NCBI GenBank assembly: GCA_036496425.1
Contig: DASXLG010000070.1
Span: 6,087-70,086 of the forward strand
Source of the DNA: Terriglobia bacterium
GTDB lineage: Bacteria; Acidobacteriota; Terriglobia; 20CM-2-55-15
Reading direction: 5' to 3'
DNA length: 64,000 nt
Of this stretch, positions 1-6,848 are shown in pieces (within the stretch, counting starts at the first letter, position 1; each line of letters opens with the position of its first letter). The position numbers and the translations under genes are program-made. The notes beneath the pieces are model-generated. The model ran no database searches and was not told where the DNA came from. It worked only from the letters and a program-made list of their open reading frames with translations.

Positions 1-410
1 CGCTGAACCGTTACGTCGCGCGGCCCGGCTACAGGAGCGGCCGGCGGCGCGGCGTGCTCCACGTCATGGCCGTTGCCATTGCCGCTTCCGTTGCCATTCC
101 CGTTGCCATGGCCATTGCCATTTCCGTTGCCGTTCCCATTGCCGATCTGGCTCAGCGTGATCGTCACTTCCGCCATGCCCATCGGCTTCCGGTTCCGGGT
201 GCCGTTGAAGATGACATCTTCCATCTTCTCGCCACGCAGGGATTTAGCGCTCTGCTCGCCGAGAACCCATGCAATGGCGTCGGACACGTTACTTTTGCCG
301 CACCCGTTCGGACCCACAATGGCGGTAACCCCCGCTTCGTTAACGGTGATTTCCCCCCGGTCGGAGAACGACTTAAAACCTAGAATTTCAATGCGCCGTA
401 ATTTCAGCAT
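1..410 (-). CDS. SMC-like ATPase head, N-terminal fragment; the gene runs off the left edge
   Basis: Reverse-strand translation from the ATG at 408-410 gives MLKLRRIEILGFKSFSDRGEITVNEAGVTAIVGPNGCGKSNVSDAIAWVLGEQSAKSLRGEKMEDVIFNGTRNRKPMGMAEVTITL. This matches the canonical SMC/RecF-like N-terminal Walker A head (GPNGxGKSN...WVLGEQSAKSLRG.KMEDVIF.G). It continues into a (GN)n low-complexity stretch, and there is no stop before position 1. Confidence 0.6.
   Translation of the reverse strand, partial: MLKLRRIEILGFKSFSDRGEITVNEAGVTAIVGPNGCGKSNVSDAIAWVLGEQSAKSLRGEKMEDVIFNGTRNRKPMGMAEVTITLSQIGNGNGNGNGNGHGNGNGNGSGNGNGHDVEHAAPPAAPVAGPRDVTVQ
64..150. repeat. Coding hexanucleotide microsatellite (GCCATTGCCGTT-type, about 14 units) that encodes a (Gly-Asn)n tract inside the SMC-like head
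   Basis: The sequence reads gccgttgccattgccgcttccgttgccattcccgttgccatggccattgccatttccgttgccgttcccattgcc. It has period 6 and reads GNGNGNGNGHGNGNGNGSGNGNGH on the minus strand. Confidence 0.8.
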
Positions 411-495
411 TTGCTCCCACTCACCTTTTCGTTGTGCCCCTAGCTTCGGGGGTATGAGTGACAGATTGGGTCCAAGTAAGATATTGTCGGGAAAT

Positions 496-918
496 ATGAA
501 AGTGTCCGCCAGAGACGAATATGCGTGTTCGGCCGTGCTGGAACTGGCGCTGAATTATGACAGTGAAGCTCCCGTACGCGTGCAGGATATCGCGCAAAGG
601 CAGGCAATACCGATGAAATTCCTGTTTCAAATCATGCAGATCCTGAAACGGGTGGAGATCGTCCGGAGCCGCCGCGGCACTGAAGGTGGGTTCACCCTCA
701 CGCGAGCGCCCTCGCAGATCACCCTCGGCGATGTCGTCCGCGCCATGAGCGGCCCTTTCGTCCAGCTTTCGTCTCTCGACAACGGAAAAGACTCGCAGTT
801 CAAACTGATCTGGGACGACGTGGATCGCGCGATCGGCGGCGTTCTGAACAACATCACATTCGAAGAACTCGTCCGCCGCGAGCGCAGCAACCAGCGCCGG
901 TTGATGTACCACATCTAA
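496..918 (+). CDS. Rrf2 family transcriptional regulator (IscR/NsrR-like)
   Basis: MKVSARDEYACSAVLELALNYDSEAPVRVQDIAQRQAIPMKFLFQIMQILKRVEIVRSRRGTEGGFTLTRAPSQITLGDVVRAMSGP matches the Rrf2 winged-helix signature (MKLSTKxxYALRAL..LA...GP...I..I...I...L..I...L.....V.S.RG..GGY.LAR....I.L.DV..A.EG). It is divergent from the SMC-like gene. Confidence 0.75.
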   Translation: MKVSARDEYACSAVLELALNYDSEAPVRVQDIAQRQAIPMKFLFQIMQILKRVEIVRSRRGTEGGFTLTRAPSQITLGDVVRAMSGPFVQLSSLDNGKDSQFKLIWDDVDRAIGGVLNNITFEELVRRERSNQRRLMYHI

Positions 919-925
919 GGCGCCC

Positions 926-2098
926 ATGCGGTCGATCCTGCACGTCGACATGGATGCGTTCTACGCCTCTGTTGAACAGCTCGACCATCCTGAATACAAA
1001 TCGAAGCCTGTCATTGTCGGCGCCGATCCGAAAGACGGACAAGGCCGGGGCGTGGTTGCGGCGTGTTCCTACGAGGCGAGAAAATTCGGAGTTCGCTCCG
1101 CTCTCCCGATCAGCCGCGCGTGGAAACTCTGTCCGGACGGCGTGTACGTCCGGCCGCGGATGAAGCGGTACGTGGAAGTGTCCGGACAGGTCATGGAAGT
1201 CTTCCGCCATTTCACAGATCTCGTCGAACCGCTCAGCATCGACGAAGCCTTCCTTGATATCACCGGTTCTGTGGCCCTCCTGGGCGCTCCTGTTCAGATC
1301 GCCCGATCGATCAAAGCCGAAATCCGCGAGAAGACCGGTCTGACCGCATCCGTCGGCCTCGCGCCCAACAAGTTTCTTGCCAAGATCGCTTCCGACATTC
1401 AAAAACCGAACGGCTTCGTGGTGGTCGAAGAAAGCCAGATCCAGCCCTTCCTCCGCGATCTGCCGATCTCCAGACTCTGGGGCGTCGGACCGAAAACCGA
1501 GGTGCGCCTGCACGAACTGGGGTTCCGGACGATCGGCGACATTGCCGCAGCGGACCGGGAATCCGTTGTCCGCCGGCTGGGCAGCCTTGGTGAACATCTC
1601 TATCAGCTGTCTCGCGGCAATGACGACCGGCCGGTCGTGCCGGACTGGGAACCCAAGTCGATTTCGAGCGAAACCACGTTCGAAGAGGATACCGATGACC
1701 GGCAGCTCCTGCTCGGTACCATCCTCGAACTCTCCGATCACGTCGCCGAACGCCTTCGCAAAGACAATTACCGCGCGAGGAAAGTAACGCTTAAGCTCCG
1801 CTACTCCAGCTTTACGACACACACGAAACAACAGTCGCTCGAACAACGCGTTCAAACCGGCGAGGCCATCGCCGCCATCGCTCGCGGCCTGTTCTCGAAA
1901 TTTCCGTTGAAGCAGAAGATCCGATTGATCGGCGTCGCCGCCGGCGACCTGCGCCGGGACGGCGAAGACCCGCACCAGTTGACGCTTTTTGCCGAAGCCA
2001 CGGCCCAGAAGGAGAAGGAGAAACTCAGCCACACCGTCGACGAGATCAAACAGAAATTCGGTGAGGGGGCTTTGCGCCGCGGCTCGCAGATGCTGTAG
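926..2098 (+). CDS. dinB: DNA polymerase IV (Y-family translesion polymerase)
   Basis: The N-terminus is MRSILHVDMDAFYASVEQLDHPEYKSKPVIVGADPKDGQGRGVVAACSYEARKFGVRSALPISRAWKLCPDGVYVRPRMKRY, which carries the DMDAFYASVE and SYEARKFGV catalytic motifs. The length is 390 aa. Confidence 0.9.
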   Translation: MRSILHVDMDAFYASVEQLDHPEYKSKPVIVGADPKDGQGRGVVAACSYEARKFGVRSALPISRAWKLCPDGVYVRPRMKRYVEVSGQVMEVFRHFTDLVEPLSIDEAFLDITGSVALLGAPVQIARSIKAEIREKTGLTASVGLAPNKFLAKIASDIQKPNGFVVVEESQIQPFLRDLPISRLWGVGPKTEVRLHELGFRTIGDIAAADRESVVRRLGSLGEHLYQLSRGNDDRPVVPDWEPKSISSETTFEEDTDDRQLLLGTILELSDHVAERLRKDNYRARKVTLKLRYSSFTTHTKQQSLEQRVQTGEAIAAIARGLFSKFPLKQKIRLIGVAAGDLRRDGEDPHQLTLFAEATAQKEKEKLSHTVDEIKQKFGEGALRRGSQML

Positions 2099-2137
2099 AA
2101 AGGAGAAGGAACCACAAGAAGCACAAGAGACACAAGA
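2099..2137. repeat. Half copy (purine-rich arm only) of the GGAACACAAGAAGCACAAG palindromic repeat family, sitting in the dinB-PPIase spacer
   Basis: aaaggagaaggaaccacaagaagcacaagagacacaag lies directly 5' of the PPIase ATG at 2139. The partner arm is absent here. The arm carries an AAGGAG Shine-Dalgarno. Confidence 0.6.
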
Positions 2138-2138
2138 T

Positions 2139-3212
2139 ATGAATCTGTTGCTATTAGCCGCATTGCTCCTCGCACCTCCACAGGAGGATCTCAAACAACT
2201 CCAGGCCGTGTTCGACACCTCGGCCGGAACATTCATCATGGAGTTCTACCCGGATCAGGCCCCGTCACACGTCAAGCAATTCATTCAGCTTGCACGCGAC
2301 GGCTTCTACAACGGCACGACGTTCCACAGCATGGTGGCGCATGGCATTGTTCAAGGCGGCGATCCCGAAACCAGGGATCCGCAGGCGCGCGCGAAATACG
2401 GCACCGGCGGCTTCAATCGCGGACTGAAACCCGAAATCAGCAACCTTCCATTCACTCAGGGCACCGTCGCGGCCACGCTGCTTCCGGGCAAGCCGGACAG
2501 CGCGGGATCCGAGTTCCTGATCATCGTCGCGGACCAGCCTCAGTTCACCGGCCAATTCACTGCCTTTGGCCACATTGTCGAGGGCATGGAAGTCGTGGAT
2601 AAGATTTCCACCAGCCCGGTCGACGAAAAGCAGATCGCCAGGGAGCGCATCGAAGTCAAAAGCATCACGATTCGCCCGCGGCCGGCGCCCGTTCCGCCGC
2701 CGTTCACTCAGGAAACAGTAGAGGAGCTTTCCCGGTTCCGCGTCGTCATGGAGACATCGAAAGGCAATATCGTGATGGAAATGTTCCCGGATAAAGCGCC
2801 GAATCACGTGCGCCATTTCCTGCAGCTCGTATCATCGGGTGCTTACGACAAGACGGCATTCCACCGCATTGCGCCCGGCTTCGTCATTCAGGCGGGCGAT
2901 CTCAACACCCGCAGCGAGCCGGTACCTCAGGCGGCCCAGAAGTATGTCGTGAAGATCAAGGCGGAGCTCAACGATGTGAAGCACACCGCCGGCATCGTCT
3001 CGATGGCGCGAGGCGACGAGATTGACAGCGCTCTCACTTCCTTCTTTATCGTTCTCGCCGACCAGCCTCCGCTGGCTGGCGTCTATACCGTCTTTGGAAA
3101 AGTCGTGGAAGGCATGGACGTGGTGGAAAAGATCGCGGCCGTTCCCCAGGAAAACGAACGCCCGAAGGAACGCGTCGATATTTACGCCATGAAGGTGGAA
3201 CGTAGGAAGTAG
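2139..3212 (+). CDS. Secreted peptidyl-prolyl cis-trans isomerase with two tandem cyclophilin domains
   Basis: Signal peptide MNLLLLAALLLAPP. Two cyclophilin-type blocks are present: FHSMVAHGIVQGGDP...GTVAATLLPGKPDSAGSEFLIIVADQPQFTGQFTAFGHIVEGMEVVDKI and FHRIAPGFVIQAGDL...GIVSMARGDEIDSALTSFFIVLADQPPLAGVYTVFGKVVEGMDVVEKI. Confidence 0.85.
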   Translation: MNLLLLAALLLAPPQEDLKQLQAVFDTSAGTFIMEFYPDQAPSHVKQFIQLARDGFYNGTTFHSMVAHGIVQGGDPETRDPQARAKYGTGGFNRGLKPEISNLPFTQGTVAATLLPGKPDSAGSEFLIIVADQPQFTGQFTAFGHIVEGMEVVDKISTSPVDEKQIARERIEVKSITIRPRPAPVPPPFTQETVEELSRFRVVMETSKGNIVMEMFPDKAPNHVRHFLQLVSSGAYDKTAFHRIAPGFVIQAGDLNTRSEPVPQAAQKYVVKIKAELNDVKHTAGIVSMARGDEIDSALTSFFIVLADQPPLAGVYTVFGKVVEGMDVVEKIAAVPQENERPKERVDIYAMKVERRK

Positions 3213-3874
3213 TCGCGGTCTTTTTCGAGGTCGGAAACGGCGAAGGTTGCGCCGGCTTCGAGCAACTGCGCGACGGAATAGCTGCCGGTCGCGACACCCA
3301 CGGTTTTGAATCCCGCGCGCTTCCCTGCCTCGATATCCAGAGGCGTGTCGCCGATGACAAAAGTGTCATCTGCAAGGAAAGTCCTGCCGATTTTGTGCGC
3401 TGCCCGGGCGGCGCCTTTCCGGACCAGTTCGGATCGGTCCTCGGCGTCAGATCCGTATCCACCAAAGTCAAAATACCGGTTCAACCCGCCGCGCTCGAGT
3501 TTGACTCGTCCGCCCATTTCAATGTTGCCCGTCGCGAGGCCCATCGCCGCCCCGTCGTGTGCCACCAGGTGGTCGAGCAATGAAATGATGCCGGGCAATA
3601 CCCGGTAGGCCGGCGAGAGGCGAACTTCATCCTTCAGAAAGGAAAGATACGCTTCCAGGATTGTTTCGATTTCTCTTTGTGAGGGAGAGATGTTTTTCAA
3701 CCGAACACGAAAGATTTCCCGGACAATCGCGGGGTCGGTCTTGCCGTGCGGGCTGATTCCGTCCATGGCACGTTCGAGTTGGATAAGTTGCTGACAAGCA
3801 CGGTCCAACGCGCGCAATCCCGCGCCGCCCGTGTTCACCAGGGTCTGATCAATGTCGAAGAGGAGTAGCTTCAC
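3182..3874 (-). CDS. HAD-superfamily hydrolase (GTG start)
   Basis: (M)KLLLFDIDQTLVNTGG carries the DxDxT motif I. ...GLATGN and ...FVIGDTPLDIEAGKRAGFKTVGVATG carry HAD motifs III/IV. The start codon is GTG (plus-strand cac at 3872-3874). Confidence 0.75.
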   Translation of the reverse strand: MKLLLFDIDQTLVNTGGAGLRALDRACQQLIQLERAMDGISPHGKTDPAIVREIFRVRLKNISPSQREIETILEAYLSFLKDEVRLSPAYRVLPGIISLLDHLVAHDGAAMGLATGNIEMGGRVKLERGGLNRYFDFGGYGSDAEDRSELVRKGAARAAHKIGRTFLADDTFVIGDTPLDIEAGKRAGFKTVGVATGSYSVAQLLEAGATFAVSDLEKDRDYFLRSTFMA

Positions 3875-3877
3875 TCC

Positions 3878-4036
3878 CTAACAACACACTAATTCTGCCT
3901 CGAATTCAAGCACTTGCATGGCCTCGGCCGGTTCCATTTCAAGTTCGAGGCCACAGTCCGATTCCAGACAGACAAATCCGTGGGAAAGAGCGGAGTACGC
4001 CATTTCGTTTTCGCTTTTGCATCCTGGACAAATCAT
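3878..4036 (-). CDS. Small (52 aa) Cys-rich zinc-ribbon-like protein. It is below the 60-aa cutoff of the ORF track
   Basis: Manual translation gives MICPGCKSENEMAYSALSHGFVCLESDCGLELEMEPAEAMQVLEFEAELVCC, with a CxxC...CxxxxC pattern. A GGGAGG Shine-Dalgarno lies 7 nt upstream (plus-strand cctccc at about 4044-4049). The TAG stop sits 3 nt before the HAD GTG start, suggesting translational coupling. GC3 is high and consistent with the genome. Confidence 0.4.
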   Translation of the reverse strand: MICPGCKSENEMAYSALSHGFVCLESDCGLELEMEPAEAMQVLEFEAELVCC

Positions 4037-4185
4037 TTCAATACCTCCCTGAAATGGATGAGCACTTCAAATGCCACGAGCTCGGAGGTTAGACGCCGGC
4101 CGTGAAATAATGTTTTTGTCCCGCCGGAAAATTTCGATATTCTCTTCGACTTGCAGGGAACCTCTATAGACGATCACGGAGAAGC

Positions 4186-4527
4186 TTGATGATCGAAATC
4201 GCAGAGATCTCGCTGGAAAAGCTATGCTTGTTCACCGGCAGTTCCAACACACTGATTACTATTGACGCACCTTTATTCAGCAGCTTCATGATTTTCAACG
4301 GGCGTGTCCTCACGAAAAGCGCCCACTACGTTGAACCCGGAAAAATCGGCAACTCGGTAGGTTTTCCGGCTCACGAACAGGTCATAGCCGAAGCCTCCCG
4401 CTTCTGGCTGGTGGACGATCGCGGCATCCGGCAGCGCAAGAGCCGAAGCGAAATGGCCGAACTCCTCGAGAAATCCGAGCTGCGGATGTCGCGTATTTCG
4501 CAAAGAAAATCCGCGAAATCCGTGTAG
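4186..4527 (+). CDS. Hypothetical protein
   Basis: A 113-aa ORF (MMIEIAEISLEKLCLFTGSSNTLITIDAPLF...) on the same strand as, and immediately upstream of, the DUF374 gene. I recognise no family. An antisense ORF of similar size makes the strand call uncertain. Confidence 0.25.
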   Translation: MMIEIAEISLEKLCLFTGSSNTLITIDAPLFSSFMIFNGRVLTKSAHYVEPGKIGNSVGFPAHEQVIAEASRFWLVDDRGIRQRKSRSEMAELLEKSELRMSRISQRKSAKSV

Positions 4528-4537
4528 TTTTCAACCC

Positions 4538-5170
4538 TTGAAATCCTGGCTGATCGGCTGGATCGGCACGATAGCGATCGCGGTCATCGGCCGGACCGTC
4601 CGGTGGGAATCCGAAGGCGACTCCCACCTCGACGACATTTATAAGTCCGGACAGCGCGCGATTTTTACCTTCTGGCATGGCCGGATCTTTCCCTCCACGT
4701 ACTATTGGCGGAATCGCGGAATCGTGGTCATGACCAGCATGAATCGGGACGGCGATGCCATCGCCCAGTGCATCCGGCGATTCGGATTCGGCGCCGCCCG
4801 CGGCTCCAGTTCCCGCGGCGGCTTTCGCGCGCTGGCCGAGATGGCGCGGGAAATTCGCAAAGGCCACGACGCAGCTTTCACCATTGACGGCCCGCGCGGC
4901 CCACGCTATGTCGCGAAACAAGGTCCCGTGCTCCTGGCAATGAAAACCGGCGCCGCGATTTTCTGCTTTCACATTTCGATGAAACACAAGATCCAACTCA
5001 AAAGCTGGGACGAGTTTCAGATTCCGTTGCCGTTTACGCGCGCCATTGTGTTGAAGGCAGAACCCATCTGGGTGCCACCCGACGCCTCCGAGGAAGTACT
5101 CCGCAACCTCCACCAGCAAATGCAGACGGCCCTTGATAAGTTGAGAAATGAAGGGGATACGCGGTGGTAG
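4538..5170 (+). CDS. DUF374-type lysophospholipid acyltransferase family protein
   Basis: RAIFTFWHGRIFPSTYYWRNRGIVVMTSMNRDGDAIAQCIRRFGFGAARGSSSRGGFRALAEMAREIRKGHDAAFTIDGPRGPRYVAKQGPVLLAMKTGAAIF matches the DUF374/LPLAT pattern (FWHGR...S.S.DGE.I.....GF..IRGSSSRGG..AL..M...L..G....ITPDGPRGP). Confidence 0.7.
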   Translation: MKSWLIGWIGTIAIAVIGRTVRWESEGDSHLDDIYKSGQRAIFTFWHGRIFPSTYYWRNRGIVVMTSMNRDGDAIAQCIRRFGFGAARGSSSRGGFRALAEMAREIRKGHDAAFTIDGPRGPRYVAKQGPVLLAMKTGAAIFCFHISMKHKIQLKSWDEFQIPLPFTRAIVLKAEPIWVPPDASEEVLRNLHQQMQTALDKLRNEGDTRW

Positions 5171-5232
5171 TCGACAGCCACGGCCTCTTCGCGTATATTG
5201 AACATGACTAATTTAATCTAGTAAGGGTAACG

Positions 5233-6408
5233 ATGAGCGACTTTAAACAGATTCTGAATGACGCAAAGCGGCAAATTAAGGAAGTTTCCGTTCAGGAAGT
5301 TAACGAGAAGTTGAATCCTGCCAATGGTTTCACCCTCCTCGACGTGCGCGAAGGCGACGAATGGGAGCAGGGTCATCTCGATCAGGCCATTTTCCTGCCC
5401 CGCGGCTTTCTGGAAGTGAAGGCCGACAAGGAATTGACAGATAAGAATCAGCCGATCGTCGTTTACTGCGCCGGCGGCACCCGCTCCGCGCTCGCGGCCA
5501 AAACGCTCCAGGAACTGGGCTACACCAAGGTCTACTCGATGCGCGGCGGTTTCAACGAGTGGAAAAACAACGGCTTCCGGTTCGTTACGCCGGAAAAGGT
5601 CCGCAAAGATCAGTGGGCGCGCTACAGCCGCCACCTGCGGATCCCGCAGGTCGGTGAGAAGGGACAACTCCAACTGCTCAAAAGCAAGGTTCTGCTGGTC
5701 GGCGCTGGCGGGCTGGGATCGCCGGCCGGTGTCTTCCTTGCGGCGGCCGGAGTGGGAACGCTTGGTCTGGTCGATTATGACGTCGTCGATGAATCCAATC
5801 TGCAGCGGCAGATCCTCCATTGGACATCGTCGGTCGGAATGCCGAAGGTCGATTCGGCGCGCCGGACCTTATTTGAAGTGAATCCCGATGTGAAAGTCCG
5901 GACATACCAGCTGCATCTGGATGCCTCCAACATTCTCGACATCTTCGCCGACTACGACGTCATCGTCAGCGGCTCCGACAATTTCACGACGGCATACATG
6001 GTGAATGACGCCGCGGTGCTGCTGAAGAAGCCGGTCGCCTATGGAAGCATCTTCCAGTTCGAAGGACAGGCCTCGACGTTCATTCCCTATCAGGGACCGT
6101 GCTTCCGCTGCCTTTATCCGGAAGCCGCTCCGCCGGAGCTCGCGCCGAGCTGCGATGAAGCCGGAGTGCTGGGCGTGCTGCCGGGCACGATCGGTCTGGT
6201 TCAAGCGACCGAAGTGATCAAGCTGTTGCTCAATATCGGAAAGCCGCTGAACGGCCGGTTGCTGTATTACGATGCGCTCGAGATGACGTTCCGCACATTG
6301 AAGATCACCCGCAATCCGAACTGCGCGGCGTGCGGACCGAATGCACACATCGACCTGGCGTCGATTCCGGAGTTTGTATGCTCCGTACAGACAACCGCGA
6401 AAGGGTGA
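5233..6408 (+). CDS. Rhodanese-ThiF/MoeB fusion (E1-like sulfur-carrier adenylyltransferase with an N-terminal rhodanese domain)
   Basis: Residues 1-120 form a rhodanese domain with the active-site loop VVYCAGGTRSALAA. Residues 130-391 form a ThiF/MoeB domain (LLKSKVLLVGAGGLGSPAGVFLAAAGVGTLGLVDYDVVDESNLQRQ, then a CFRCLYP...CAACG zinc-binding CxxC pair). The domain order is reversed relative to classical MoeZ (ThiF then rhodanese). An AT-rich promoter-like stretch precedes the ATG. Confidence 0.8.
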   Translation: MSDFKQILNDAKRQIKEVSVQEVNEKLNPANGFTLLDVREGDEWEQGHLDQAIFLPRGFLEVKADKELTDKNQPIVVYCAGGTRSALAAKTLQELGYTKVYSMRGGFNEWKNNGFRFVTPEKVRKDQWARYSRHLRIPQVGEKGQLQLLKSKVLLVGAGGLGSPAGVFLAAAGVGTLGLVDYDVVDESNLQRQILHWTSSVGMPKVDSARRTLFEVNPDVKVRTYQLHLDASNILDIFADYDVIVSGSDNFTTAYMVNDAAVLLKKPVAYGSIFQFEGQASTFIPYQGPCFRCLYPEAAPPELAPSCDEAGVLGVLPGTIGLVQATEVIKLLLNIGKPLNGRLLYYDALEMTFRTLKITRNPNCAACGPNAHIDLASIPEFVCSVQTTAKG

Positions 6409-6830
6409 AGGCCAGCCCGATCCAGGTAGGCGATTTCGTCTACTGCCGGTCGAAATACTATCGAGACCAGCTCCAGCTTCCCGAAGAAGTGGGGCTGGTC
6501 ATCGAAATCAAGCGCAGCAACTTCAAACTCGTCTATTCCAGCGACAAACGCTGCTGGCTCCCGAAGGAAGCGCTCGCCCGCGTCCGGCCGGAAAAGCTCG
6601 ACTATTCCGGGTTTCTCCAGAAGCTTCACTACCTTATTAAGAAGGTCCACGCTTTGGAGTGCGAACTCGTCTCGGATAACGGCACGCATCGCCTCGGCCT
6701 CCGCATCGATAAGATCACTCATCAGACCATGGGAGAGATCCGCGACTTCCTCGGCCCCGGCTTCGGCTCACTGACCGTCGTGCCGGAAGGCATGGCCTTC
6801 ATGCAGCTGGAGCTGGTATTTCAGGCCTGA
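6378..6830 (+). CDS. Hypothetical protein
   Basis: 150-aa ORF MLRTDNRERVKASPIQVGDFVYCRSKYYRDQLQLPEEVGLVIEIKRSNFKLVYSSDKRCWLPKEALARV... It overlaps the 3' end of the ThiF gene by 31 nt. No family is recognised. Confidence 0.3.
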   Translation: MLRTDNRERVKASPIQVGDFVYCRSKYYRDQLQLPEEVGLVIEIKRSNFKLVYSSDKRCWLPKEALARVRPEKLDYSGFLQKLHYLIKKVHALECELVSDNGTHRLGLRIDKITHQTMGEIRDFLGPGFGSLTVVPEGMAFMQLELVFQA

Positions 6831-6848
6831 AAGGTGGTTCCTTCCCTT

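Noticed and set aside
54-918. Plus-strand ORFs 54..383 and 73..918 beginning with MLHVMAVAIAASVAIPVAMAIA / MPLPLPLPFPLPWPLPFPLP
   Set aside because: Their 5' parts are the antisense or alternative-frame reading of the (GCCATTGCCGTT)n microsatellite that encodes the (GN)n tract of the minus-strand SMC-like gene. The real plus-strand gene is the Rrf2 regulator starting at 496.
4382-5119. 245-aa minus-strand ORF overlapping the DUF374 acyltransferase gene
   Set aside because: It is an antisense artefact: Arg/Gly/Ala-rich with no family signature, while the plus strand carries a clear DUF374/LPLAT match.
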